Positions 34,783 through 46,532 of a stretch of DNA of 64,000 nt are shown piece by piece. The notes beneath the pieces were generated by a model, which was given only the letters and a program-made list of their open reading frames with translations, did no database searches and was not told the DNA's origin. Position 1 is the stretch's first letter; each line of letters starts with the position of its first letter. The position numbers and the translations under genes are program-made. The DNA comes from Neodothiora populina (Eukaryota), in the NCBI RefSeq assembly GCF_041146345.1, contig NW_027191410.1, positions 744,001 to 808,000 of the forward strand, written 5' to 3'.

Positions 34783-37617
34783 TCATGCCTTTTGTTTCCT
34801 TGGAAACTTGTAGGCGTACTTCTGATATGGCGAATTTTCATCGATGCCACACTCTTCCCGACCCCACTGACCTAGCAATACCTTACCCATAAACTCCTTC
34901 TCCTTTTCTAGTTGAGCGACCTTGTCCTCCAAAGAGCATTTGTCTTTACGAGCTTCCTTCAGTTTCGCACGCCACGAATCTTCCTTCTTCTTCATGACTT
35001 CGGAGATGCGCTTGTCGAGATCCTGCTCGAGAGCGTTCCTTTCCGCTAGAGACTGCTCGGCTTTTTCCAGGCTTTCCTTTGTCAATTCACATTCTTGCTT
35101 CATGGCTGAGACGTGTGCGGCCGAAGCAGCGCGATCTTGTCGAGCGCCAGCCATGGCTTCTTCGATAAGAAGGACTGCTTTACGATGCTCTTCGGCCTCG
35201 GCAGCACGGATTTTCGCGTTAGCTTCTGTCTGAGCTGCCACATGGGCCTTCACGTTGGCGACGTCCAATTCGCACTGCGACTTGATGCTCTTGATCTTGG
35301 AGTCGTGTTGCTGCTTGAAGCTCTTCATCTTGGCTTGGTGTTGTCGTCTTTGGTCCTGAAAGCGTTTCTTCAGGACCTCCATCTCCAGTCTCAGTGAGTC
35401 GGCGAGCTTGAGAGCCTTGTCATATCCGGCATTGAGCTCGTCGAAGTCCTTGGATGGCCCATCAGGTGCATCGAGATCATCAGCGTCCAGTCTGCTAAGG
35501 TCCTGCATCACATCGAGCTCTTCTCTCAAGGCCTTTGCTTCATCTTCAGCTTTCTGTCTAGCTGCCTGCTCCGCTGCACGCTGTTGAGATGCGCTACTCA
35601 ATTGCTGTTCCAGATGCTTTCGCGATTCCTGGTCATTGGTGCGTTCTTTGTTGGCAGCTGCCAATTTGTCTTCGGCCTGCTTTCGCAAGGCCTGCTCTGC
35701 TGCATAGTCTTCTTTCAACTTCTGGAGTTCGGCAAGGGTGTTGTCATTGGTCTCCTGCACATTGGTTCTGCGTTCATGGGTAAGTTTTTCAAGCTGACCC
35801 TGAGCTTCGTGCAGACGTCGCTCCAGACTGAGGCGGAGCTCTTCTGACTGGCGCAACTTCTCGTCGGACACTGCGCCGACCGGCGTATGACTCCCATCGT
35901 GGACATGATTGGTTTCTTGGAAAGCCTTGAGCTCTTCCAACTCGCTGTAGTACCGGTCTGCGTCCGAACGAGCATGCTCTTCTTGTCTCTGGGCTTCGTC
36001 GAGTTCCTTACGCAGACGTTGAGTCTCGTCTCTAAGAGCGGTGGCGTGCTCGTTCATTTGCTGGCGCAGCAGGCGTAAGTTATCGTTGGCAACTTTCTCG
36101 GAGTCTCTGCTGTGTTGTAAATCAGACTTTGCGGCAGCAAGGTCTTTCCCCAGACGCTGGACCTCCTCGTCATGAGCGCGCCCTTGCTCCTCAAGATGGT
36201 TCTTGAGCTCGTCAAAACTGCTCCTCGTGGCATGTTCGGAGTTCTGGGCCTGTTGCAGCTTCCACCTCATATCTTGCAGCTCGGCATCTTCAGACTCATG
36301 CATTTGATCGAGTTCTTTCGCTCGGTCGTCAGCCAGCTGCTGAGCGTCGTAGGCGGCATGCTTGGCGGCATCGAGATCTTTTCCTCTTTGTTCCGCAAGA
36401 TGGAGTAGCTCTTGTTCGGAGCGGCGCAAGCCATCCACTTCATTCATCAGATCGTCTATCTGCCTTTGATGCTCTTGTCGGTGCAGTTCTGCAGTGTGCT
36501 CCATCTCATAGTTGCGCTCTCGCACGAGCTCAAATTCGGACCTGAGACCCCTGTAATTCTGTCTTTCTTTCTCAAGCTGAGCGTTGAGTGTTTGCACTGC
36601 ATTCTGGGCCTGGGACTGCGCTTGTTGTACATCAGCGAGCTCCGTATGCAACGCGCGGAAATCGTTGTTGCGAGAACTGCTATCTCTGAAGTTGTCATTC
36701 GGCAGGAGAGCACGAGTCGGCGACAGATTGTCGATTGACGGCCGGTCAGGCGAGTGAATGCGTGGCTGAGGGCGTTGAGAAGGTCGTAAATTCAAGGCAG
36801 ATACTGGGCGACGAGGGGGATCAGGTGTTAGTTGAGCAGTTGACTGGGGCACAGTCGAATGCGGTCGAGCTGGAGTCAGATCGCTATTGTAATCCTCTAC
36901 AGTGGGTTGAAGTAGGCTTTTGGGTCGACGCATTTGAGAGAAGCGAAGCGAAGAAGAATTATGCTGAGGATCCCAGATTGAACTCTCTTGGTCAGCTCCT
37001 AGCTCTTTATCGTCGTCGTGGCTATCATATTGGTCGCGGTCGTCATTTTCGCCGTCGTCTTGGAACACCGACGATCCCTGCGTATACGCCTGGGGCTGGT
37101 CAATGTTGAGATTTGTTGCACTATCCTCGAGACTAGATGCCCTGGAATGGCCCGAGCCTGCTCTCTCATCTCTTCGTACATGATCGATTGGGTCCTGGCC
37201 AGCTTCAGAGTCGTCATGTCGGACCGCACGCGAGTGGGTTCCATCATTGCTATCACTTCTCGCGCCACCGGTATTCTCTTCACTGTTGGCGTTTCCCTTA
37301 GCCTTCGACGTTCCAGAAGGAGATCCAGGTCGCGACAAAGACCTCTGTCTGCTTTCGTCATGGATGGTGTTGACTTTAGACTTATCGAAGCTGTTCCTAG
37401 CTACGCGCTGTCTGCGAGAAGAGCCATTGATATATCTACCAAGGTTGATGGTAAAGTCGGTCGGACCATCAATGTCGCTGCTTGCAATCCTATCTATGTT
37501 GACCTCTGGGAGGAACGACAAAGGTTCTGTGTCATCAAGATCAAGAGCGTCAAGGTCCAATGAGTACTGGGTTGGAGAAGCAGGACCATCTTCGTTGGCA
37601 TGGGCCGCTGACTCCAT
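34783..37617 (-). CDS. Large coiled-coil protein, resembles spindle pole body-associated SnaD
   Basis: 944-aa ORF with long heptad-rich segments; short conserved-looking motifs DIDGPTDFTINL (N-terminal) and LLGQWGREECG..KYAYK (C-terminal). The SnaD assignment is from memory. Confidence 0.7.
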   Translation of the reverse strand: MESAAHANEDGPASPTQYSLDLDALDLDDTEPLSFLPEVNIDRIASSDIDGPTDFTINLGRYINGSSRRQRVARNSFDKSKVNTIHDESRQRSLSRPGSPSGTSKAKGNANSEENTGGARSDSNDGTHSRAVRHDDSEAGQDPIDHVRRDERAGSGHSRASSLEDSATNLNIDQPQAYTQGSSVFQDDGENDDRDQYDSHDDDKELGADQESSIWDPQHNSSSLRFSQMRRPKSLLQPTVEDYNSDLTPARPHSTVPQSTAQLTPDPPRRPVSALNLRPSQRPQPRIHSPDRPSIDNLSPTRALLPNDNFRDSSSRNNDFRALHTELADVQQAQSQAQNAVQTLNAQLEKERQNYRGLRSEFELVRERNYEMEHTAELHRQEHQRQIDDLMNEVDGLRRSEQELLHLAEQRGKDLDAAKHAAYDAQQLADDRAKELDQMHESEDAELQDMRWKLQQAQNSEHATRSSFDELKNHLEEQGRAHDEEVQRLGKDLAAAKSDLQHSRDSEKVANDNLRLLRQQMNEHATALRDETQRLRKELDEAQRQEEHARSDADRYYSELEELKAFQETNHVHDGSHTPVGAVSDEKLRQSEELRLSLERRLHEAQGQLEKLTHERRTNVQETNDNTLAELQKLKEDYAAEQALRKQAEDKLAAANKERTNDQESRKHLEQQLSSASQQRAAEQAARQKAEDEAKALREELDVMQDLSRLDADDLDAPDGPSKDFDELNAGYDKALKLADSLRLEMEVLKKRFQDQRRQHQAKMKSFKQQHDSKIKSIKSQCELDVANVKAHVAAQTEANAKIRAAEAEEHRKAVLLIEEAMAGARQDRAASAAHVSAMKQECELTKESLEKAEQSLAERNALEQDLDKRISEVMKKKEDSWRAKLKEARKDKCSLEDKVAQLEKEKEFMGKVLLGQWGREECGIDENSPYQKYAYKFPRKQKA

Positions 37618-38025
37618 GATGGAGTGTAGTGGTTCCTCAAGTATCGAGATTTATGCTCACGCGTCAAATACACAATATCAGTATAATTTCCGTCGATTCC
37701 AAAGGAGTGTTGATGACTTCATCAAAAGTCTTGATTGGATTAATGTTTGTTTTGGTCCAGTGTTTAGATCTAGTGTTTTGGCTCTTCAAGTGCGGGACAC
37801 TTCCGCCTGCGCCTTCCCCACAACGAACGGCCGCCGAACCCTGGCGATGCATTTATCATATATCACATTACCGCATTTATCGCATTATTGCAGAATCGTC
37901 CTTGATTCTGTGACAAGACTAGGTGAAGTGAAGTAAATGTTGTGCATCGCTTGACGGTGATGTGGTTGGTGATGCAATCGCACATGATAGTGTTCCCGAA
38001 TTGCCATTCGTGACTCCCGAAGATT

Positions 38026-39291
38026 TTAACCAGGCCTCCAATTCACCAGGTTTGGAGGCGAGGGAGCGAGTCTCCCACTTCCTTCCGGCTCCGAGTCAGC
38101 CTCTCTCTTCCCCTGCGATGCTCTAGCTAGAATGGTCGTCGTGTGATCCCATATCTTAGGTCCGGCTTGCTGCTCACGGAACGACTTCATCCTTGCAGAA
38201 TCGCTCGTTGCCTTGCCGTCCCAGTCTAGCAAGTACGCTCCACTCCCAGGTGTCCCATCACTTCCAGTCATGACTTCCATGTCCTCGGGCAGTGCGACGC
38301 CAATACCACCTTCTCGTGGGGAATAAACTGAGCTGGTAATTTGGAAAAGGTGTCTTTCGCCACTCTCGGCCACGTTCAGAATCCACGGTGTCATGACTGA
38401 GTATAGTATCTTGACCGCAAGTCGCACTGGGCCTGTTAGCTGATTTGCGATGCCTGTCTTGATCGTTCCCGGATAAGAGTGGAGGAACGTTGTCTTTCCA
38501 TGGCGCTTTGCAAATTCTTCCATGATAAAGTCCGTCATGACTACGCAATGTGCCAGACATGCATGTAGAGTGAAGTTCCGTTTCAGATCAAGATCGTCCA
38601 TTCGTATGTCTCCCTCAGACCCAGCTGCGAGTACCGAGCACACACGGGAGAGCTCCCCGTTCTCGGCCGCAGCGGTGACCTGAGGCATCAAGTTGAAAAT
38701 GAAGCGCACGCGAGAGTAGTAGTTCACAGCCATCTTATGGTCCAAGCCTTCCGAGGTTTCTTGAATGTAGTGCGTCAGCGACCATAAGATTCATTGCACT
38801 ATTGTGAATACTGACCATTACGGCCTCTTAGGGTCATGTACCCGGCTGTGAGGAATAAGACGTTGATCTTGTCCTCACGGCGTTGAATCTCTTCGCACAC
38901 CGCATCGACATTTCGTAGCAAACTGATATCGACTTCGAGGAAAATAGCCTCAGATCCGGGGCTGCTTTCCTCGAGCTCACAACATAGCTGCTTACCCTTA
39001 TCTACACTCCTGAAATAGGAAGTTAGTATTGTATGGTAATGGCATCTCTTTCACTAACCTGCCAAGTATATAGGCCTTCGGAGCAGTGGTTCTTTTGAAC
39101 ACCTCTCTTACGGTACTCTCACCGATACCGTTAGTGCCACCAACTACGGTATAATCGATCAGTCTTTGGTCTTAAAATTAAATGTATACCGACTCTCGGG
39201 TACAGGCAGCAGTCTCACCAAATACACAAATCAACCCTTTGAGGAAGTCCGCGCGAAGATTTGATTCGAGAACAGTCTCCCTCGTGACCGT
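38026..39291 (-). CDS. Atypical SDR-family oxidoreductase, apparently ACG-initiated (4 coding exons)
   Basis: Exons 39291-39219, 39143-39059, 39009-38816, 38759-38026 give (ACG)VTRETVLESN...CVFVGGTNGIGEST...YILGRS...EVDISLLRNVDAVC...ETSEGLDHKMAVNYYSR...HSYPGTIKT...ESGERHLF. Confidence 0.88.
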
Positions 39292-40390
39292 CTCAATATT
39301 CGCGCCAAGTATCAGGGAAGCAATGGCTGCTATGGACCCAGCTGGTAACAGCCAGCGGATGCCGTGGAACACTGTAGTTAACAGGACAGTTGTGATAGAA
39401 TAAAGCTTACTTTTCTTCAGCTAAACTCGTCTCTGATGATGTTTCGAGTTTTGCCCGAAGAAAATTGTCGTTTTGCCACGGAGATCTCCAGAGAGTGTCC
39501 CCTTCCGAGCCGGGAACTCACAGCGCAGGCTAGAAGAAGAGTCGCCTCTTGACGCTGAGCGACTCTTGGTCACAGTGAGTGTTGACGACTAGGAAGTTAT
39601 GCAAGTAAAATATTGTGGACTGAAGCACGCCCAATGCAGTAATAATCCTCTCGAAGTCCTACTGTACAAACCTCGAGTCGCGTAGGCGAGATTCGGACGG
39701 GCGTGCTGTGGTGCCAAACTCAAATGCAACTGATCATGCTCCGGATAAGGGTCCGACATTATCCTCGCTAATTACGGCCATCTGCGTTGTGCAATGTACC
39801 TTGAGATACTTTGACTCCAACCCAGTGTCCAGCATGCTTTCAGAAGCTGCTCGCAATGCAACATGCTTTCAGAAGTCGTTTGCAAGCGTAAATACAAAGC
39901 GCATTCGTGATTCCGTTGTGTCACACGGGCACTTCTAGAATTACCATCTAAGATCAGGACCCACAACATTGTTTCACGATCCAGGGTGATAACAATAAAT
40001 TATGAAGCCAATTGCGATATCATTGCTAAACCTGCGATACATACATGCAGGTGGCCTAAAACTCTATTCATGATAATTCCAGAAGCGCGTTGATATATGC
40101 AGAAGACGAATACGTCATTCCTCCTACCTCAAACTGGTTCTATATATGCCTTTCACAGATTACTGGGCCAGGTAATGATATATACCGTGCTAGCTGACCA
40201 GTTGCTTGAGTGCAACGATAATGTCATGTTAGATTTCAAATGTTAGAAGAAGCTACGATATGATCTCAAGACACATCACAATGATCAATGTTACGCTGAA
40301 CAGTTGTAGGTATGTGCTTACCATCAGGCTGACATATCTCAAGTAAATCTATGTTGCCCGTGTTCATGGTCCTGTGATTGGTAATGTATA

Positions 40391-42072
40391 TCATGTGTCA
40401 GTCTTTGGCTTTTTCCTGATCAAGCCCTGGTTCAGCATACTGACGGCAGGCGTGGGCGTGGGATCAGATGAACTGGTCTGCGAGGCAGTAGCTCCTTGAT
40501 CGGCTTTACGCTTTTTTCGAACGATCATGCCTGAGAGGTCATTTGGCGAGCTGGCTACTTGTTAGCGATGACGAGACGACATTGAGACAGAAATAATACG
40601 AACAGTTTGTCGTTCGATAGTGTTGTCGGATTGTGCTGCTGGGCAGCTATAGGCGATCTTCCCACGATCAATTTACCCCAGTCGCCTTTCACGCCAGCAA
40701 TGACTCTGACTTCGTCTACCCACTTATACGTGCTCCGTATAGCGGCCTCTTGTGTTGCAAAGTCAAGGCGCAACAAGAGATCATGTACTCGCAGATAGGA
40801 AGGATAGTCCACTATCACTTGGCCACGGCCCTCAGATGTCCATCTGTAGTAGGGTGACGTCTCGGACATGGATGTGAGGGGTTCAGCAGATGTTGTCGAT
40901 TTTATTTTGGGCATTCTTGGAACAATGCGTCCAGTCAGTTTCTTTTTCTGGCTCCTGGTCTTCGACTGCGTCGAGCCGGATGGCTTGATTGTGAGACGAC
41001 TTTTGTTCGAGAAAGATGCTCGCATTGGCTCCGGACCAGGCTCCGGTGTGAGGTGGCTGGAAAGTCCCGTCGACTGCTGACTATTGGCATTGGCGGGCGT
41101 GAAGAGGACCCAGATGAACCCTACGAGCCTGCCTGAAGCACATTCTTGTCGGAAGGCCATGGTCTCCCAGAATTGATCAAGGGTCTTGATGCTCGTCCAC
41201 ATACCCCGACCTCGCTTAGAGGGGCTGAAGAGGGTACTTGATGTTGCAGAGTCGGGTATCTCATCGTCCAGCTCATCGAGATATCGAGCTTTGGGATCGT
41301 CTGGAAAGTGGGGAACCAGGCAGCGAGGGGGTCCAGCAGGATTCGGCGCTATCTCCCATAGTGGATGACCATATAGCCACTTGGGCGCATCTGTTGGATC
41401 ACTTCTCCACGAAGGAGGGAAAAAGGAGGTGGTCTCGTACTTGTCGTGGCCCGGCACGATGACGAAGGCCTGCGCTTTCGTGTCGGTACTGCTTCCATCT
41501 TCCTTCACGCCAAGAATAGGAGACCTTCTCAATACCGGGTCCAGCGTCTTACACCACCACCTGATCAGCTGCCTGTCATCCAGCACATGTTTAGTACTGT
41601 TTTCCACACTGCCGGGGAACAGATACTGGTCTTGTGCCCGGGCAAACAATGACACCACAAGTGGCACTTTAGTTCTCTGTCTGCATTCTGACAGCCAGGA
41701 GATGAAGATTGAGGTTATGACACGTAGTGGTGATACGGTGGGGCGGGCATCAGCTTTTGTTGATTGCAGAAAGCCAGTCGAGTCAGCTTTTGCGACAAAC
41801 AGAGTGGTTAGAGACTTTGTTGTGTATATCAAAATTTCGATCGCGTACACAAGTACGTGGCGCCGACCTTGCTCAGTTGACAAGTGGGTGGATATAGTCA
41901 AGAAATGTGATTCGCAATAAGTCCGTTGCTTCTTCTCGCCAGGCGCGGATGCAAATAGTGGATCACTCTTAGTTGGAGGGGTTGAAACATGATGAAATGT
42001 AAACTCGGTGCTGAGAGGCAGAACGTCAGCCAGACGATCGTAGAAACTACGAGTGCGAGCGTGTTGGCCCAT
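40391..42072 (-). CDS. RTT109: Histone H3K56 acetyltransferase Rtt109
   Basis: TYCESHFL, FVAKADSTG, LFARAQDQYLFPGS, KHVLDDRQLIRWW, PHFPDDPKARYL, FWETMAFRQEC; a 3' intron (GTTCGT...GCTAAC...CCAG) gives the tail ...GLIRKKPKTDT*. Confidence 0.95.
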
Positions 42073-42640
42073 TGTCAAATCGTCTTCGCGCAATAGAGAG
42101 ATGCATTGAGCCTCAATACAAGAGACACAATGCGTATATTATCATTGACATTAAAGACTAGGGTGTTGGGGGATGCGTCCGGGGAAATCAATTCTTGATC
42201 TGAAGGACACGGCACGGAGTGGACGATCTCACGCTAACGACTATCGGCAATTCTGTGGTAGATAAATAGACCTCCTGTTCAGCTCTACTCAATAGCTTCC
42301 ACCTCACATTAGATCTAAGGTGATACTACTCTAATTACTTTACTTTGGTGGCACATTTGTCCACATATATCATTCCAAAGATGCAAGTCGGGTCTGATTT
42401 CATGGTCCAGTATTGCCATTGCTGCTGGGTGGGCATAGCTTACTATACAGTGCCTGTCCACTGTTATGTAGCTTAGGCATTCGCATCTCATATTGTGCCA
42501 TCTGCACCACTGGAAACAGACCTTGTCAAATATACCGGTGTCTACCCCCTCGAACTTGATTGACGCAACCGGTCGCATGGCTATATGGCTATCGACGAGA
42601 TCACGCTTAAGGTATATAAAGATTTACAAGAGCTCATCCA

Positions 42641-43993
42641 TTATGCATCTCTGGTGTCTTTTCTCGCCACTATCATCAAATTTCTTGGACTTGTCTTGTA
42701 GTCGAAGATTGGCAAGATGTCGACGTGCCGGATACCATGCTCTAACAAGAAGAAGTATCTGTCCAGTGCTATCGCGGACTCTACGACTTGGCATAGCAAT
42801 ACCGATAGTGTCCACAATATCGCTGTCACACCTTCGCTACCTCGATAAGTATTCTCGTACTTTACAATCTCGTCGTCGGTAACGTCAACCCCAAAAGTCA
42901 GACCCAGGCGGTTAATGGCTCGTGTAGCGTAGGACTCAAAATTCTTCAAGTCTCCAGTTCTGATACCCCATACCGCCCGGTGGTCTGGATCCCCAAGACC
43001 TTTATCGTGCAGCAGCTTCTCTAGCACGGCACGGTAGAAGTACTTGTGCGAGAAAGTCGAATTGGGATGGTGCAGCCAGTTGGTTGGAGCTTGACATCCT
43101 GTAATCAGCGCTGAAGTGGAAAGCTTGAGACCATGCGTGCGCATGTATTGCGAGATCGGAAATCCGTCAGGTTGGGAGGCGCTCAGAGGTCTGATATGAT
43201 TATAGCAGCAGCCGACGACCGCGAGGCCGGCTATGCATATAGTAGTGGCACACAACCGGACCATATGCTCTGTAAGCGAACCACAGGCATGCAGCCCTAC
43301 CAGTATACAAGGCTCGTTCTGAGACCATGCGAGTAAGTCATCGCGCACTCCAACCCCGTCAATAAAGCGGACCATATGTGTTATATCAACACCTTCCACT
43401 AGTCCAATAGACCGCGCAGCGCATTTAGAACCCTCTATTTGCTTCGAGGAACCATCTATTGCTAGAACCTTAACATTACACGTTGCCGCCAAGAGGAGAC
43501 TCAGGTAGCCTTGGCCACTGCCGATGTCGATGACTCGATTGATACCATTTCTGGTACAGAAATCTCGAATATATGTTGCGGCTACTTGGACTTCTTCAAA
43601 TTTCTTGGTGATCATACGAGATCGCAAACCCTCCGGTATAACGACAGGGTCCATGTTTTTGCATACTTGAACTTGATCCCGATCAAGTCCCAGGAAACGA
43701 ATCTGGTCCAGCCACTGCGTCAAACTTGCCGGTCGATCAGCAAGAACCGCTGTGCTCAGATGCGAAGTTGAGCGCAGGGTGTTGATCAAATCTTTCTGCG
43801 CTTCTCTGTAGTCATCTATTCCCTCCCACCATTGAGTCCACTCCGTTGGGAGATGATCCCACGCATCTAGAACAAAAGCATCATTAACATGTATGCCTCC
43901 TGTTATTTGCTTTGAGAGTGGACGGTGGAGAAAAGCAAGCAGATCCTGTGCGTACGCCTCAACATTGGCGTAGCCAGCAGGTAACTTGACCAT
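42641..43993 (-). CDS. METTL25/RRNAD1-like class I SAM-dependent methyltransferase
   Basis: KKFEEV, VIDIGSGQGYLS, VGLHACGSLT, VGCCYN, VESAIALDR, PIFDYKTSPRN. Confidence 0.88.
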   Translation of the reverse strand: MVKLPAGYANVEAYAQDLLAFLHRPLSKQITGGIHVNDAFVLDAWDHLPTEWTQWWEGIDDYREAQKDLINTLRSTSHLSTAVLADRPASLTQWLDQIRFLGLDRDQVQVCKNMDPVVIPEGLRSRMITKKFEEVQVAATYIRDFCTRNGINRVIDIGSGQGYLSLLLAATCNVKVLAIDGSSKQIEGSKCAARSIGLVEGVDITHMVRFIDGVGVRDDLLAWSQNEPCILVGLHACGSLTEHMVRLCATTICIAGLAVVGCCYNHIRPLSASQPDGFPISQYMRTHGLKLSTSALITGCQAPTNWLHHPNSTFSHKYFYRAVLEKLLHDKGLGDPDHRAVWGIRTGDLKNFESYATRAINRLGLTFGVDVTDDEIVKYENTYRGSEGVTAILWTLSVLLCQVVESAIALDRYFFLLEHGIRHVDILPIFDYKTSPRNLMIVARKDTRDA

Positions 43994-45640
43994 GCGTTGA
44001 TGCTAAAGACTAGGCACCCAGGTTTTATTGACCCGTTGAGATCATGACTCTTGTGCTGGAAAAAGGCACAGTGTTATGACATTTAAAACACCAGTGTGGT
44101 GACTAGGCACTAATTAAAGCCCATCACTGCAGTAAAGTCAAGTGAGTGGGGAAGTGCCATTCATCGGACTTCATCCGAAGAACAGGGCTAGTCTGCCACA
44201 TCGCAGCTGTGCAGCAGCATAGCGATCGCTCAGCAGCCGGCTTTCACATTCCACAGCATCAGTAGTAAAGCAGCTCAGCTAAGAACATCGAAGTGATGAA
44301 ATATACCCACGTAGCCGGGACACTGAGAACTGTCACTGGGTCTTTGCGACAAAGAGGCAATGAAATCAAATACATACTGTAATTTGTGGATTCTACGAGC
44401 AATCGTCCCAGCTCGTATACATGAGCCAACCTCGTATATCGGACAGCTAAAGGAGTTTTACGTATTGACACATCTTCCGCCAGCGACCGCAGAGGTCCAG
44501 TCATGTAAGTCAACTTCACCTTAGGTAGGATTGAAAGGGAAAGTACGATGAAACGTCCTGGAGTCCACTAGAGCGGTCGTACCCATAATTGAGTTTTGAC
44601 GCTATATGTCTAACTCCAGCATACCTCTAGTGGTAACGGTACTTGTGCGCCATCGTGTTCCCTGCTGTAGCTAAGGTACACATGTACCATTGGTGAGGAC
44701 AGATCTCAGTAGCCTATGTGATCGAGGATGGTCAAAGCCGACTAATTCCCTTCCAGCATCGAGCACAGGCGGAATCGTTGAATGGATTGTGTCAAGATTC
44801 ACTGGTTATGCTGGAGGACTCGGTAGTGGACGGGTAGGTTCCGATGCGATGTAGTCAACATTTGGAATCAATCTGCCGAGCCCAGGTATGTACTCCACTC
44901 CACACCCCAAGCCATTGTCAACGTGCGTTGATCCTTTTCCACAACGCCTCTAAATCATAACGAGAACAAGTCGTCGCGAGGTCGCCTACATGCAATCCCC
45001 TCATGTGCGCGCACATGAGTGCTACACCGCTTTGCTCACCGGGTTCCGAGCGAGTAAGAATATGCGCTGCACTGTCGCTATAACTCCGCCAGGAGCAAAA
45101 AGCTAAGACTAGATCCCAAGCATCCACCCCAATCTGCACTCTCATGTGCCTTCATCCGCATCGAACACACATTCGACCCTGCTACGATATATTGCCTGAG
45201 CGTAAACTTGCCGTGGCAGAGGTAGCACAGTAGGTCAATCGCATATGAATGCCACCCGTCCACGCAGAATATTTGTCAAGCAACTATCTTGGCGCCTTCC
45301 TCAGGGCGCGACAAAAGCCTAAAACGTCCTAAGCTTTTCCGTTCCGACGGTATGATTTGCATTTGTCGTCAAACAGCTTGGGTAGTCCGACAAAGTCCAA
45401 ACTGCCTGGTTTATGTCATCTCAATGATTTGACCTCACGATAAGCACACCGTTTGTTACTCGGTTTGAGATGCCTCTTGAACAGTTACCAGGGACCTGCA
45501 AAGGTTACAGCTATCTTCTCAGATGTACTCAAATATATCCATTGCCTCCGGGATCCCTCCTGACCTCTCCCACCTCTTCACAACTCTATCTGTGACAGAC
45601 ATTCAGACAGGCTTTTCAGTACTATCGATATCTTGATCTA

Positions 45641-45883
45641 ATGTCTGTATCAGCAGCTAAGCTGCGTGACAGTGATGTCTCCCAACGGAGCAACTCCTCC
45701 CACGAGATTCGTACACCATCGCGTGCTGCAGCAGTACGTCCTCCAGGCTACGACCCAGTAGCTATCCAGTCCTGGACGCAGAATCTATCCAACCAAGATA
45801 CATCACGAACAGCATATACCCAGGATCCTGCTGTTCAAGCCTATCTCCGGGCTAAGATGGAATTGTTCCAAAACTGTAACTGA
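45641..45883 (+). CDS. Small hypothetical protein (80 aa)
   Basis: ATG-started ORF preceded by a TATA-like sequence (~45533) and a CT-rich stretch; helical-looking C-terminus DPAVQAYLRAKMELF. No homology recognised. Confidence 0.45.
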   Translation: MSVSAAKLRDSDVSQRSNSSHEIRTPSRAAAVRPPGYDPVAIQSWTQNLSNQDTSRTAYTQDPAVQAYLRAKMELFQNCN

Positions 45884-46532
45884 ACAGTCTTTGAGCGAGG
45901 CAAAGGGTGTCTTGTTCGAACATTGCAGCGCAGCTAGAGACAACCTAGCCATCGGATGGTTACTTGACATTACTTAGTCCCAGGTCCTGCCACCCAAAAA
46001 ACATGATCCGCCCCACTCACCACATGACGAACTCTGCATAGATTCTTTATCAAAACCTTGCCCACGGTCACTCAAGCAATGCAGCCATGCACAGCGATGT
46101 CTTCGAAAATCAGAGGCAGCACGCGTTATCATCGATTCTGGAAACTTGCTCATGGATCACCAATGTCTTGCATTGACATGCCTTGGCAAAAGCTTCGAAG
46201 TCGTTCTTGGGAACGACATCTCGAATTCACTTCGCCCAAATCGAATCAAAACGCATTGAGCTCGATCCTGTCTTTTACCACAGGCTCTGTTCAGAGCTAT
46301 TCCGGGCTTTGGTATCGCATCTGCGTCATCCGGCAGTAGTGAAATGGGTCCAACTGCACGGTAACACCTGCTGAGGAAACCGGACTGTCCCCGATCATGG
46401 ATCCCTCTACACGAGCTGCGGTATCTATGCAGCAAACAATATCGCAGCCGTGACTGCCTCTATCAGTTCACCGCTCACTGCCGTGGACAGGCCGCGCTGA
46501 CCATTCGCATCCACTGCTTGTCGGGACCCTCT

